A program made the translations under genes and the position numbers. The notes under the pieces were generated by a model, which was not told the origin of the DNA, ran no database searches, and was given only the letters and a program-made list of their open reading frames with translations. From NCBI GenBank assembly GCA_050230475.1, contig JBFLGF010000110.1, forward strand, positions 1 to 64,000: a DNA stretch of 64,000 nucleotides. The letters run 5' to 3'. The stretch's first letter is position 1; each line of letters begins with the position of its first letter. Below are positions 26,334 to 38,139 of the stretch, piece by piece. This DNA comes from Ancylonema sp. (Eukaryota).

Positions 26334-29300
26334 TTATGGTGGCCTCAAGAAGAAGCCGTAGAAAATTCGTTTCCATAAGTACACAGGAAACAAAAACATA
26401 GGTACACCACAAGCGAGGAAGCCCAAGTTGACATAGATGTAATCGCCACCAAAATCATGTATGGTGAGTTGTTCCAACAAGAACTCGAACGACACCGCTA
26501 CCGCCCCTGTTACCCGCACGAGCCCGTAGAGTTTACCAAAGTTGGCGAATCCAAATATTTGGCCCAAGTATGCTGCCATGCCCCCAAACACGAAGGGTCG
26601 AAGCATTGCATAAAGTATAAAAGACACTACCTGCACAAAACCACGAAACATAGCACACATAAGGGCCCAAGTTTGGGGGGGAGGGGGGGGGGGGGAAACG
26701 ATAAAACAAGACCATATGATATCTGGCCGATAGTGATTGGTTCTATGGATAAACACAACCGAGGTGCAAATTTCGAAGATAACTCCCTCTCGTAATCTAA
26801 CGCGAGATCTTGTCGAACCATTTGGATTGCATTCCTAGTGAAGGGGACTCACGGGCTTCAATGGAGGGCCACATGTAATTCTTGATACGTACCCTCTCCC
26901 GTAGGGGACAATTACTTTGTTTTTCTACTTGTTCGTTCATCGAGTTATTTGTGATGGTGTGCGGGCCTTGTGGATGTTTTTTAAGAGTCGGAACTACGAG
27001 GTACATCAAGTGGAAGGGTTAACAGCGCACAAGACGAGTAACAAAACCGAGATGAAGGCTATGGTAATCACGAAGGTTGGATACGTACGATTTTTTTCGT
27101 GTGCTCACAAGGTCCCGCCGATAGGCATCGTGATCGAGTGAAAATGACTACAGATGGGCACGTCTCGAAACTCAACTGCATTCGCATAATATTTCACGCG
27201 ATAAGTGGTCTCCAACAGACCACTCGTTGCCGAACCCACAGGTCCCGATTCACAATCTTCCCTCCCTTCCTCACCACCCCAAAAGTGGGCAGAAATCCCA
27301 ACGCTACATATACTACTACATATTCTACTACATATTCTACTACATATTCTACTACATATATTACTACATGATTTACTACATATTCTACTACATATTCCAC
27401 TACATATTCTACTACATATACTACTACATATTCTACGGCCCCAACCAGAATCTGAACCCCTTATTCGCACTTCATGCGCACCCAATTAGTCGCACTTCCT
27501 TCATCTCACCTGAACGAGAGGTGTAAGTTTCTATGTCTTTTTCACCTGTCCGATACTTAGCAGTCTCTCAGTTTCTCTCACCTGAACGCCAGGCATGGTA
27601 GGTTCTATGTTTCTGTCACCTGAACAACAGGAGTCAGGTTCTCTGTTTCTCTCACCTGCACGACAGGTGGCAGGGTCTCCAGGCAGTTTACAATGCAGAA
27701 TGCTGTGTTGAGTCCAGCTATGATGAGGAAAGTGGACACGAATCCGAATCGCACCATCACGAATCCCACGATGGGACTCATGCACATGCCGCCAGGTGGC
27801 AGCATGTAATTGAACAGGGCGGAGTAGAAGTCGGCTTCTGCTATCGCTGCTAGAGGGTCCCCTGCGCCAATGAGAGGGGAGGAGACGATGACTTGAGTCT
27901 GGTCAACTAGGAATGGTCAAACGAACTGTGAATTGTGAGCTGAGAACCGTGAAATGTGATCAGAAAACTGTGAACTGTAAACTGTGAACTGTGAACTCTG
28001 AACGATGAAATGTGGTATAATAATCCCCTACTCTGTTATAGCGGCACCCGGCTGTAGTGACGTTTTTGTGCACTTTTTGGCATTTATTTAACTCTCTTTT
28101 TCAATCCTCCCCCGTTATAGTGACACTTAAATATATAAGAAAACAGCCCACGAGTTTTACTTCTCAATATACGGATTGAGTGCAAATACATGTAGCTAAC
28201 TTTAGTCCTCTATAGTAAAGACATACAAGCACAAAAAGGTTCTACACATTCTAAAGATGATCCGGACACGATTCAGGGACATATTTTACATCCCCGGATG
28301 TCCAATTAATGCTCTTGCTTACCCCTAGAGCATCTCCCGAATCCGTTTCCTGCTCCTCTCTCATACTACATACTGAATGATATCTGAAGGGACCCCAATG
28401 TGTTGTCTGGCATAATTTTGGAGCCGAAAGTTACCCAGAAGTTACCCGGAAGTTACCTGGAAGTTGCAGATTTGCCGAGAACAGCAGCTGCCGATAGAGG
28501 GTCTGGATGTAATAATTCACTCGCAGGACCACAAAAGCGGTCACTACAGCCATGCTCCAGAATATGGGCGAAGAAATCTGGGTGAGGAAGTCCGAGTTAT
28601 AAATATCGGGGGGGCGGGGGGCGACTCTGCCCTGAAGTTTCGCGGAAAAATCATGTTCAGGGTGCTCGACTCCCCCATCCCTGGCACTGACTAGGGGCTG
28701 GGTCAATCTGCCGCCTGCCACGTCAGCAGCGGGTGCCACGTCAGCAGTGCGTGCCAGGGCCCACACCCGGAGTAGCTCCCCCTGGAACCGTGGCTTGTCC
28801 AAAGTCCGGGTATCGTCTGAGCGGAGCTGCCCACTTCCCTCGCTGTCCAAAGAGTCCCCAAACGGTTCGTCGGGGAAGAGGAAGAGACTGGTGAAGAAAA
28901 CGGTTATCGGGACCAGGGTGTACCCCAGGAACAGAGTCCTGAAAGACACCCCGAAGGTTGTGATGATCCAACTGAAGACTGTGAGGATGAGGGTGGAGGA
29001 ATTGAATCCCGTGGAAATCGCGCCAATGATCACGGGGGAGTGTGCGGGGAAAAGCTCCCCGAAACTGTACGTGGAATTGAGGACGCACGGACCCCCGACG
29101 GCCATAACGAAGAAGCCTACGTAGTAAAGGGAGTCCCCGAAATCTTGTGCGAGGGCCACACAGACGAGGCCGCAGCTGAGGAGGAGGGAGCCGAGGCATA
29201 CGGTTATCCGCGGGCCAGCGTAGTCTAGAAGGAGACCCACGAGAAAAGCACATCCGCTGATGGTGGTGGCTCCTATGGTGTACATGAGACTGAGGGCGCT

Positions 29301-29944
29301 GGCTTGCGCCTCGCAAGGGAGGGCGCTGAGGGGCGTATCCGGGGCGCAGAGCTTCCGGAAGGCCTGTACTTTGAACACGAGGACGCCGTAGATACCGGAG
29401 AAACCGAACACGACACCTGCACAGTGACGATGGGGTTGGGGATGTCGGTGGGAGGGAAATGAGAGCGGATTCAGGAGCTGTTGCGGTTGGGATTGGTTGG
29501 GGTAAATTGGTGGTTGGCTGGGAATGAGGGCAATTTGTGGTCGCTGAAATTATGTAGGCTGTAGGCTGTAGGCTGTAGGCTGTAGGCAACAGTATGGAGG
29601 TCACTGTTCACGTGAAACAATTGTCGTAGGAATCTCAGTGGCGACACCTTTCAGCATTCGTGACAAAATCACGACGGTATTCGACAGCTGTTGGGAGTAC
29701 GCTGTGTACGTGTGCGGGTTTCTTGGTAAGCTACTTTAAATTAATGGAAGCATGTTTGGGAAACCCTGCAACACAATCCATACTTCCGAAACAATGTCAG
29801 CAGTGAGCAACGTAGAAGGCCTAGACGTGGAATTGAAAAAATTGTACCTGAGGACAGCAATGAATATATTAGGGCCAACGTAACGAGAAGTACTTTTCGC
29901 AGATGGCTCTCGCCTCCAGCGCGTTGTTTTTTGAACAGCTCCAT
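26334..29944 (-). CDS. MFS transporter, SLC43/LAT3/Fmp42-like, 4 exons, 519 aa
   Basis: Exons 29944-29848, 29416-28457, 27861-27656, 26630-26334, GT-AG and phase-compatible. SSGVVFGFSGIYGVL, MFS motif A-like GLLLDYAGPR, FGFANFGKLYGL and many hydrophobic helices. Confidence 0.9.
27305..27435. repeat. 12-bp minisatellite (TACTACATATTC, ~10-11 units) in transporter intron 3
   Basis: Directly visible tandem units; explains the HILL/EYVV/RICS ORFs. Confidence 0.95.
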
Positions 29945-30641
29945 GAAAAGCCAACCTGATGTAGGACCTACACGTTTTTCTTTGCATACACCCGGTAAGT
30001 CTGTTTACCGGCCTATACTATAATTCCAGGACTCAAACTGAAAAAACTATGTGCACCACGTCCTCGTTCCTTGAAACTGTGCAATCGTACATGACGCAAG
30101 TGGAAAGCCGAAAGGGCCAGGACATTATGATGGTGCCTTCCACGTTGCGCAAGAGACATCCTCAACATATAACCACGAAAGTCGATGTCAATAAAAAGAA
30201 GACTGACACGCTTATGTACGAAACGTGCAGCAAATGTGTGATAACGATGACGTAGGAGTGCTGCTCTTTCCCTCCACCAGTACGAAGGAATTCCTTCGCA
30301 GTCTCACGCAGGGCGATGCGTCTTATATTTTGTTGTCAGAACAGCAGGGAGTCGGTCGAGTGGTACGGCGAACGTCAGATGACGCCATTGCGTGTCGCCA
30401 GACGGTAACGTGATGCTCCATGTAAGCCACGATGGAGTGACGGCCAATCAGTATCGGCCACGACGACTGAGATGCTGATCGGCTCGTGGGGCACGCAATT
30501 GATTGGCTCGAGCGCCAGACAAACTAGCACATGGGTTCTTTGCCTCGGTGGTTACCTCTGCGCCAATCAGGCCAACCGGGCGGGAGTCGTCTTGCGGCTG
30601 GCCAAAAGCCATCCGGCTTGGCCAGCCGTTGCCTATATGAG

Positions 30642-31454
30642 GGGAGATGTTACGCGCAGACTGGCAACGACTGCGCGCAGACTAAGGGTACCGGCTGGTG
30701 ATTTGGCCGTTCAAAACTTGCCGTCAAACTCTCCCGGTACTACCCGTAAAATCGATGTTGGCGTGAATCTTTGGCAGTATCTCGGTTTATCGTGGCATAA
30801 TTGAGGCTGTACGTGAACCAGCTTCATCCGACCCACGGCCTCTCCCGATTCGCTCTCTTTATTACCTTCCTTGGCAGCCACGATTTCTCCGCATCGAGTG
30901 CATACCCCACCTTTCTTCGAAATTTCACGATGCTTATGTTTCTCTGACATTCTTCTGTATCTTCCGAAAAAAAAAAAAAAAAAAAGGTTTTTAATCCTTC
31001 CTGTTATGCTGTTCGCGCGTGCTTTCTTGCCATAATATTGTTTCATATACTATGCTACATCATGGCGTCAAAATTATTTTTCATTTTTTTTTCCGATATA
31101 ATTTGAAAGTGGGATTACGGAGCGTGTCTCAATTGAGAGAGCGTGTTTTCAATTTGGTGGCATATTCGCTCAGGTCGCTTAAATTGAAGGTCTGCGGATG
31201 ACAATAGCCCGCAGTGCAAGGTCCTCTACTAGCATCAGGGTGCAGTAGAGTCCGAATTGAGTGGAAAAGGAGGCAACCGAACCTCATGCTTCGTTTCGCT
31301 GATGTGGCAATATTGTTACACGTGTGCAGTCTGGGTTATGTGATTAATTTTGACGGCAAGTTTCGAACGGCCAAATCACCAGCCAGTACGAGAATGGCCG
31401 ACTACAGGATTTAGTCTGCGCGCAGTCGTTGCCAGTCTACGCGTAACATCTCCC
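30642..31454. mobile_element. Non-autonomous TIR DNA element (813 bp) with 8-bp TSD
   Basis: TIR GGGAGATGTTACGCG(C/T)AGACTGGCAACGACTGCGCGCAGACTAA plus a second inverted block GCTGGTGATTTGGCCGTTC(A/G)AAACTTGCCGTCAAA. TSD TATATGAG at 30634-30641 and 31455-31462. Confidence 0.93.
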
Positions 31455-31821
31455 TATATGAGCGGGGTCGGAGTTGGCTACCACGTGGCCGCGCGGTAGG
31501 CCGCCACGCGACCGCATGGTGGCCAACCCCGATCGCGCTCGTATAGGTAACGGTTGGCCCAATCGAGTGACTTATGGCCAGCCGCAAGCCAACCCCCACC
31601 CGGTTGGCCTACCCTCACCCGATTGAGATGCGATTGGGCCGGTTGCGGTTGGAATATGAGAAACCAAAAAATGTACGCATAAGAAAAAAACTCTTTGCAT
31701 CTATGCCTAATCTCTCTATTAAAGTTTTTTTTGTTATAGTATGATGCACATAGTTCTTTCTTGGTGTCTTCTTCCAATATTTTTGCAACCATATGTGAGT
31801 AAAAGGTCTATACATGTACCT

Positions 31822-34800
31822 TGTGAAAACTTTCTTTTGCCATCTTTGCAAGAATCAAGTTCAACTCTTAATCAACTCATGAATCAATCGATCACGACAT
31901 TACACGCATTAACACACCAAAAGTGCTCGCTTGAGATAGAAAGTATGATTACACGATTTTGCATGCAAGTCCACTCTTAGTACAGTTGAGTGTGATCGAC
32001 AAAACGTCTAAGTCAACATATCGAAACGAAACTATCTGAGTCAACACCAATCACAACTAAGCATTACGCCACATCAAACTTATCGACACTTATGCTGACT
32101 GGCCAGAACTTGTCGACACAATCATTACTTACAAGTTCGGCCGGCATTTGCTGAACAACGACAAGAACTCAAACTACAACGAACGGATCGGACAAATCGA
32201 TATAACATGAAAAGTTCACAGCCCCTAAAAACTAACACCCCCTCCCTGGGTACTTTTGTTTCCCCCTCCAAAAACGATAACACAATATATCGATTTTTCA
32301 CAAAAACACAACAAGACTCAGAAATGTTCCCGACTCCTCAACCAACCCAATTAAACCACAATTCCTCCATAAAACTTCGACAGGTATAGCCTTTGTCATC
32401 ATTCCAGCATCTTGATCCTCACTTTTTACAAACTCCAGCCTTATATTTTTCTTTGCCACCCTCTCTCTCATAGAATGCCACTTGATCTCAATATGTTTTT
32501 AGCGTTTATGAAACACTGGATTTTCAGCCAGCTTCATCGAGCTCTCATTGTCACCAAGAATCAAAACTCCATCTTTCCCTCCAACACCAAGCTCCCCTTG
32601 CATTTGGCTGAGTTAAATCGCCTCATTGCCAGCATAATTGAGGTACTCACTCTCACAGATAGAGTGAGTAATTGTCTCCAAAAGACTGCTTTTCCAACTC
32701 ACTGGCGCCCCAGCACTCAGAAACACATAGCCTGCCTTGCCTTTTCTTTTGTCGACATCATCACTATGACTGGCGTCTCAATAACCATGCACTGGCAAGT
32801 CAGCTCCCTTCTCATACATCAACCCCAAGTTTATTGTTCCCTTCAAGTATCGCAACACACGTTTCACCCCCTCCCAGTGTTGCTCTCCCGGACGCCCACT
32901 GTATCGACACAGAGTATTCACAGCAGCTGCCAGATCTGGACGGGTCCTTGAGGTAAGATACAACAAACTTCCCATAGCTGATTTGTACCCTACTCCCTCT
33001 AAACCTGCAGCCTCATCAAGATCTCCCAGATTTGCAAAAAACTTCATCCCGATCTCGAGAGGGGTGGCTGCTGAGTTGCAGTCTTCCATGCCAAACTTGG
33101 TGAGCAACTCTTTGCCGCACTTCTCCTGACACAAGAACACATTGCCATTTGGCTGACGTCTGATCTCTAGCCCTAGCAGAAACCTCGCCTCACCCAGGTC
33201 TTTCATGTTGTCTTTGTCTTTGTCCTTTCACCCCAAATATTTTCTCGAGGAGTACACACAACAAAAAGATATCGTCGACATACAACGCCAGATACAAAGC
33301 ATTAGCTCCCTCTCCCAGAATATACAGTCCAAAATCAGAAGCCAGACGATGAAATTTTAGCTTCTTCAACACGTCGTCAATGTGCTGGTTCCATCCCCTA
33401 GGTGCGTGTTTCAGGCCATATAGACACCTGAGCAGTAACCACACCAGATCCTCCTCTCCAAGTCCACACGTGCCATCTGGAGCTTCCATGTACACCTCTT
33501 CCTCTAAGGGTGCATACAGAAAAGTTGTGGTGACGTCCATCTAGTGCATGTGCATCCCCATAGAAGCTCCCTTTGCTACTAGCTGTCTGATGCTTTCAAA
33601 ACGAACTGTCGGTGAGAGGGTTTGATCATAATCATCACCCTCTACTTGACTGGAACTCTTTGCAACTACCCTGCCCTTGTACTTCTCAACAGTTCCATGT
33701 GCATTATATTTGACTCTGAAAACCCACTTTGACTTGACAATTTTCTTTCCTTTTGGCCTAGGAACCAATCGATAGACTTAATTTTCTCGCAAGCTTCCCA
33801 TTTTTGTTGCCATAGCTGCTTCCTATTGAACTCTTTCTGGGCTCTCAAGTGCTTCTCTCACAGATGTTGGAGTTTTCACTTCTCTCTCCAGGTTGGCAAC
33901 AAATGCTGCAGCGAATCTGTTTGGAGGAGCACCTCGATTTGGCCTGGAAGATCGTCGAGGACAAGAAGGAATATCCGTGGTCTCAGCATCTGTATCATCA
34001 TCACAAGGTCCAAAAGGATTTGTTGGAGTGGCATCATCAGGGTACCACTCAGGACCATCTTCCAAGACATCTTGATCGTCATCACTCCCACTCGAATTAC
34101 TGACAAATTCTGGAAGTTCTTGATTCTGAAGAGGAACAGCTCCTAGAAGCTGAGGTAAGGGATTTCCCACAGCATCGGGGATTTGTTCATCGACAGAATT
34201 CAACATTTATTGAGGCACTTGCATGTGTTGCAACATTGATCTTGCTCTATCTTGCAGAGTTAAATTCATCCTTTCTGTGATGGCATTCCCCTCAGGTGTG
34301 TTTGGTGGCGTTGTCTCATATTTGACCCCTCTGCTTTTCAGTCATTTTTCCAAATCACCATCGATGAACTCTGCACCTCCATCAGATCTCAGATTTTTCA
34401 CTGGTTTCCCAGATTGCCTCTCCTGAATCGCAATCCAGTGCTTGAGACGAGAGCCTGCATCGTCTTTGTGTCGTAGAATCTCTACCCATAATTTTATGCT
34501 GAACTCATCGACGATCACCATGTCGAAGTTTCCACTCCCAATTGATGCAGGTTTGAATGGCCCTGCCAGATCTACCGACACTCTTCCAAGACACACTTTC
34601 TCTCCTGCACCTGCTTCTCGACGTGGATGAGGTCATGAGCCTTTCCCAGCTTGCAGCCCTCACATTTTTTCATGACCCCTGAAATTCCTCCCTCAAGTCC
34701 TCTCACAAGCTCATCTCGAAACACATTTTTCAGCACCCTCTCGTTCGCATGCCCTAGTCTGGTGTGAATTCGATTGATATCGATGGCAGCTACAACAGCC

Positions 34801-37800
34801 TCCCCCTCAATGCATTTTTGATGTCGAACTGAAGTGCAAATTAGAGTTTTGCGAACTGTCGATGTTTCCTGTAGCGTGCAGACCTGCTTCCTAGATTTGT
34901 TGAAGACAGGAATGATGCCCCCGGCCTTGCCACTGCAGGTATACGACCAGCCTGCTTCCCTTGCTTTTTGCCCACTGAACAGATTTACTCTCAGGCCTAG
35001 AATGTAAAGACATTTTTGGAGAGTCACTCCACCACATTCTCCATCTGTATTGAGCTCGACTGCTCCCCATTGCTTGACTCGAACACTGCGGACAAGGTGA
35101 TGCATAATAACCTCATGTGGAATGTCCTCGAGAGTTTTGAAATGGCTTTTCTGTCCACTTGAATGATGGTTGGAGCTATCGTAAAAAAGAAAGCATTTTT
35201 TTGCATCGTCAAAATTTGCTACATTCCCCTCGCACATTTCTGCAACGACAACTTCACTATGTCCGCAGCAGTCATCTTCTTCGATCTCAGCCTCACTGAC
35301 AAAAGCAGATGTCCCTGTGCGCACTCCTTTTCTCTGCATGCGTGGAGCTTCATTCTTTTTGTCGAAACAAATAAACTCAACATGACCGATCGCTCCACAG
35401 TACTTGCACTGACCATCTTTCTTCTTGCAGTCTCGACTGTAATGGCCTGTTTCTCCACACGTGTAGCAAGAATGACCTCCACTAGATCCAGTGTTGCCAC
35501 CTCTGCTCCCACGACTGTTTCCAAAATTTCCTTTGCTTGCACCCCTACCTCCTCGATTGTCGATGCCACCACCTCTGCCTCGACTAGAGAAATTTTGTCG
35601 AGATGACCACTTGGCATAGTTGGCTTCAGCAACGAGCGCTTCTGCATCTTTAACCTTCTGCTCTTTCTTGTCATCCAGTTCGTCGACTCCCATCTGTGCC
35701 CAAATCCAATCGATTCCAGGTGCCTCTTTCTGTCCATAATAGAGTCGCTTCACAAGTCCATACTTTGTTCTTGCCATCCCGGAAAACAGCGTCAGCACCT
35801 GATCTTCCTTGTTAACCGTGTAATTTTGATGTGCACACTCTCGCAAAATCGACAGGAACTCCTGCTTTCTCGAACTGACAGCTTCTCATTCACTCTGAAA
35901 GAGTTCAACTTCTCCTCGGCGAGTTGTCGAAGTTATGGAGTTACTTTATCATATTCCTCCTTCACGTAACTCCTCATTGATTTGGGGTCTCTTTCAAACT
36001 GCTCTAGCACTGTAGCAATGTCTTCACCGACAAGTGACAGGATGAGCATCACAACTTTCTTCGTTCTTTTTCGAAAACTCTTCATATCTGCAGAGTAGTG
36101 ATCCATTTCGGCTTCGTTTAGTGGCCAGTCCTCATCATCATATGTGGCAAACACTTCTTCTGGTGCCACCTCTGTGCCCTTGCAGATCTGACGTGCAAGA
36201 TGGAGTCGGCAGACAGCCTGTCGACGAAATCTCTCAAAACAGATTTTGGAAAAATATGCAAAACTTGACTTTTTATAATTTTCTGCGTCGATGAAAATGA
36301 CAGATGTCGGTTGATGACTTGGATGCTTGTCTGGATGAGCAGCATTAGGATTGGGCCTTTGGTCATCATCTGGATCTCACTTAGAGTAGATTGGTGTAGG
36401 TTGAATCCCTACTGAATGTAATTCTGACCACACAAGAATGTAATTCAAGCACGGTATGTGACTAATCAACGAAGTTTGCCGTAGCTACTACTCGCCGAAA
36501 GGCTGAGATGCACTCAACGCTTAGTGGCTTAGTGGTGGGAGGTCTAGAAACAACACATCAGGCGTTGCAAGTTATCGCACTTCACAACAGGTGACAACTA
36601 CGAGTAAAGAGAACGCAAGTCAAATATTAGCTATAGAATTTATACAAGGGTGCAGAATGGATGATAGTTGGTTGCGTCAAGATGCGCACTCACTATTGGT
36701 TTTTGGGAATCAAACGTTGTCGTGAATAAAACGATTCACTGAGAAACTCGAACGGGTGCACGCAATTCAAAGGGTGAATTGTCTGACTGAGCTCGCACGA
36801 AACGGTGCAGCTAATTGTAACAATTTATGACGTCAGCAAAACGGTTGACAATCAACGACTTGCAAGGGTCACGATTTTGCAAGGGTAACGATAATTCTGA
36901 CTACATAAGAATTTCACACGATGCGTATGCAAAACGGCACACGAATTTTTGTACTACTTGAGATGCGACAGCACGCACAAGCAAACATGCAATTTCGCAA
37001 AACTTGCTGGATGGAGCGACGCGAAGTTTGCAAAAATTCACAGAGAATATCAAAGGCGAAACGGCACACTTGATAACGATTGTTGACGATTTCAGAATAC
37101 ACGAATTCACAAAGATTGCAAAGATGGCGATTGCAAAGAGTTGTTGAAATTCAGACGGAGTAAACTGACAGCGGAAGCTAGCAGTTCAGAAAGCGACTTA
37201 GGCTTTAGTACAATCGACGCGCCGTTTCACACGCGCGGTAATCTAGATTTATCTTGATCTATGGTAGAAAACGAATAGTTGACTGGTCAACTAATCGTGA
37301 CTGTCTATTCTAGAGTTCTATATTTAACACGTGCGGCGGTTCAAACGCCAGGCTGGCTGACTGAGATAAAGCTCGGTGCGCACTGGGAATCTTCTAACTC
37401 GCCGATACGACAAAATACTCCGAATTAAAATCTAAAAAGTGGTTCACCGACTTTTCTAGATTGACTGAGTATAACAAAATTATCAAATCAAACGTCTGAC
37501 TGATTGAAACTCATATAACAACAGAGTTCAATATAACGACTAAAAATCGACAATGACCAAAATTGCTATTTTTCAAGCGGATCGACAATTAAAAAGACTT
37601 TACTTTCTAACGATCTCTAGCGGCATGACAGATCTCAAGACACTCAGCATCGTCAAGGATCTCTGAGGCCTTGGATCATCATGCTTGAAAAGGGACTTTC
37701 TCTCCGTCTAGGATGCAGTATCTTGCTCTGATACCACTGTGAGAACTTTCTTTTGCCATCTTTGCAAGAATAAAGTTCAACTCTTAATCAAATCATGAAT

Positions 37801-38139
37801 CAATCGATCACGACATGACAAGCAATAACACAGCAAAAGTGCAAGCTTGAGATAGAAAGACTGATTACACGATCTTGCATGCAAGTCCACTCTTAGTATA
37901 GTTGAGTGTGATCGACAGAACGTCTAAGACAACATATCGAAACTATCTGAGTCAACACCAATCACAACTAAGCATTATGCCACATCGACTAAAACTTATC
38001 GACACTTATGCTGACTGGCCAGAACTTGTCGACACAATCATTGCTTACAAGTTCGGCCGGCATGCTGAATAACGACAAGAACTCAAACTACAGCAAACGG
38101 ATCGGACAAATCGATATAACAACAAAACTAAAAACTAAC
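31822..38139 (-). mobile_element. Ty1/copia LTR retrotransposon (copia-2), both LTRs present, coding region decayed
   Basis: LTRs 31822-32237 and 37738-38139 (TG..CA); PPT 32238-32247; PBS TGGTATCAGAGC 37725-37736; gag with two CCHC knuckles (CYTCGETGHYSRDC, CKYCGAIGHVEFIC); protease, GAG-pre-integrase, integrase (RSDGGAEF), RT (YVDD), RNase H. TSD candidate TACCT. Confidence 0.97.
36189..37630. mobile_element. Nested 1442-bp solo LTR inserted in copia-2 gag
   Basis: TGACGTGC..GCATGACA termini; 4-bp direct repeat GATC at 36185-36188 and 37631-37634. Removal restores ECLEICKGTE, colinear with ECLEMCKVTE in copia-3. Confidence 0.92.

Noticed and set aside
27105..27526. Repetitive ORFs, or a CRISPR-like array
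   Set aside because: A 12-bp minisatellite without spacers inside an intron; eukaryotic context and no cas genes.
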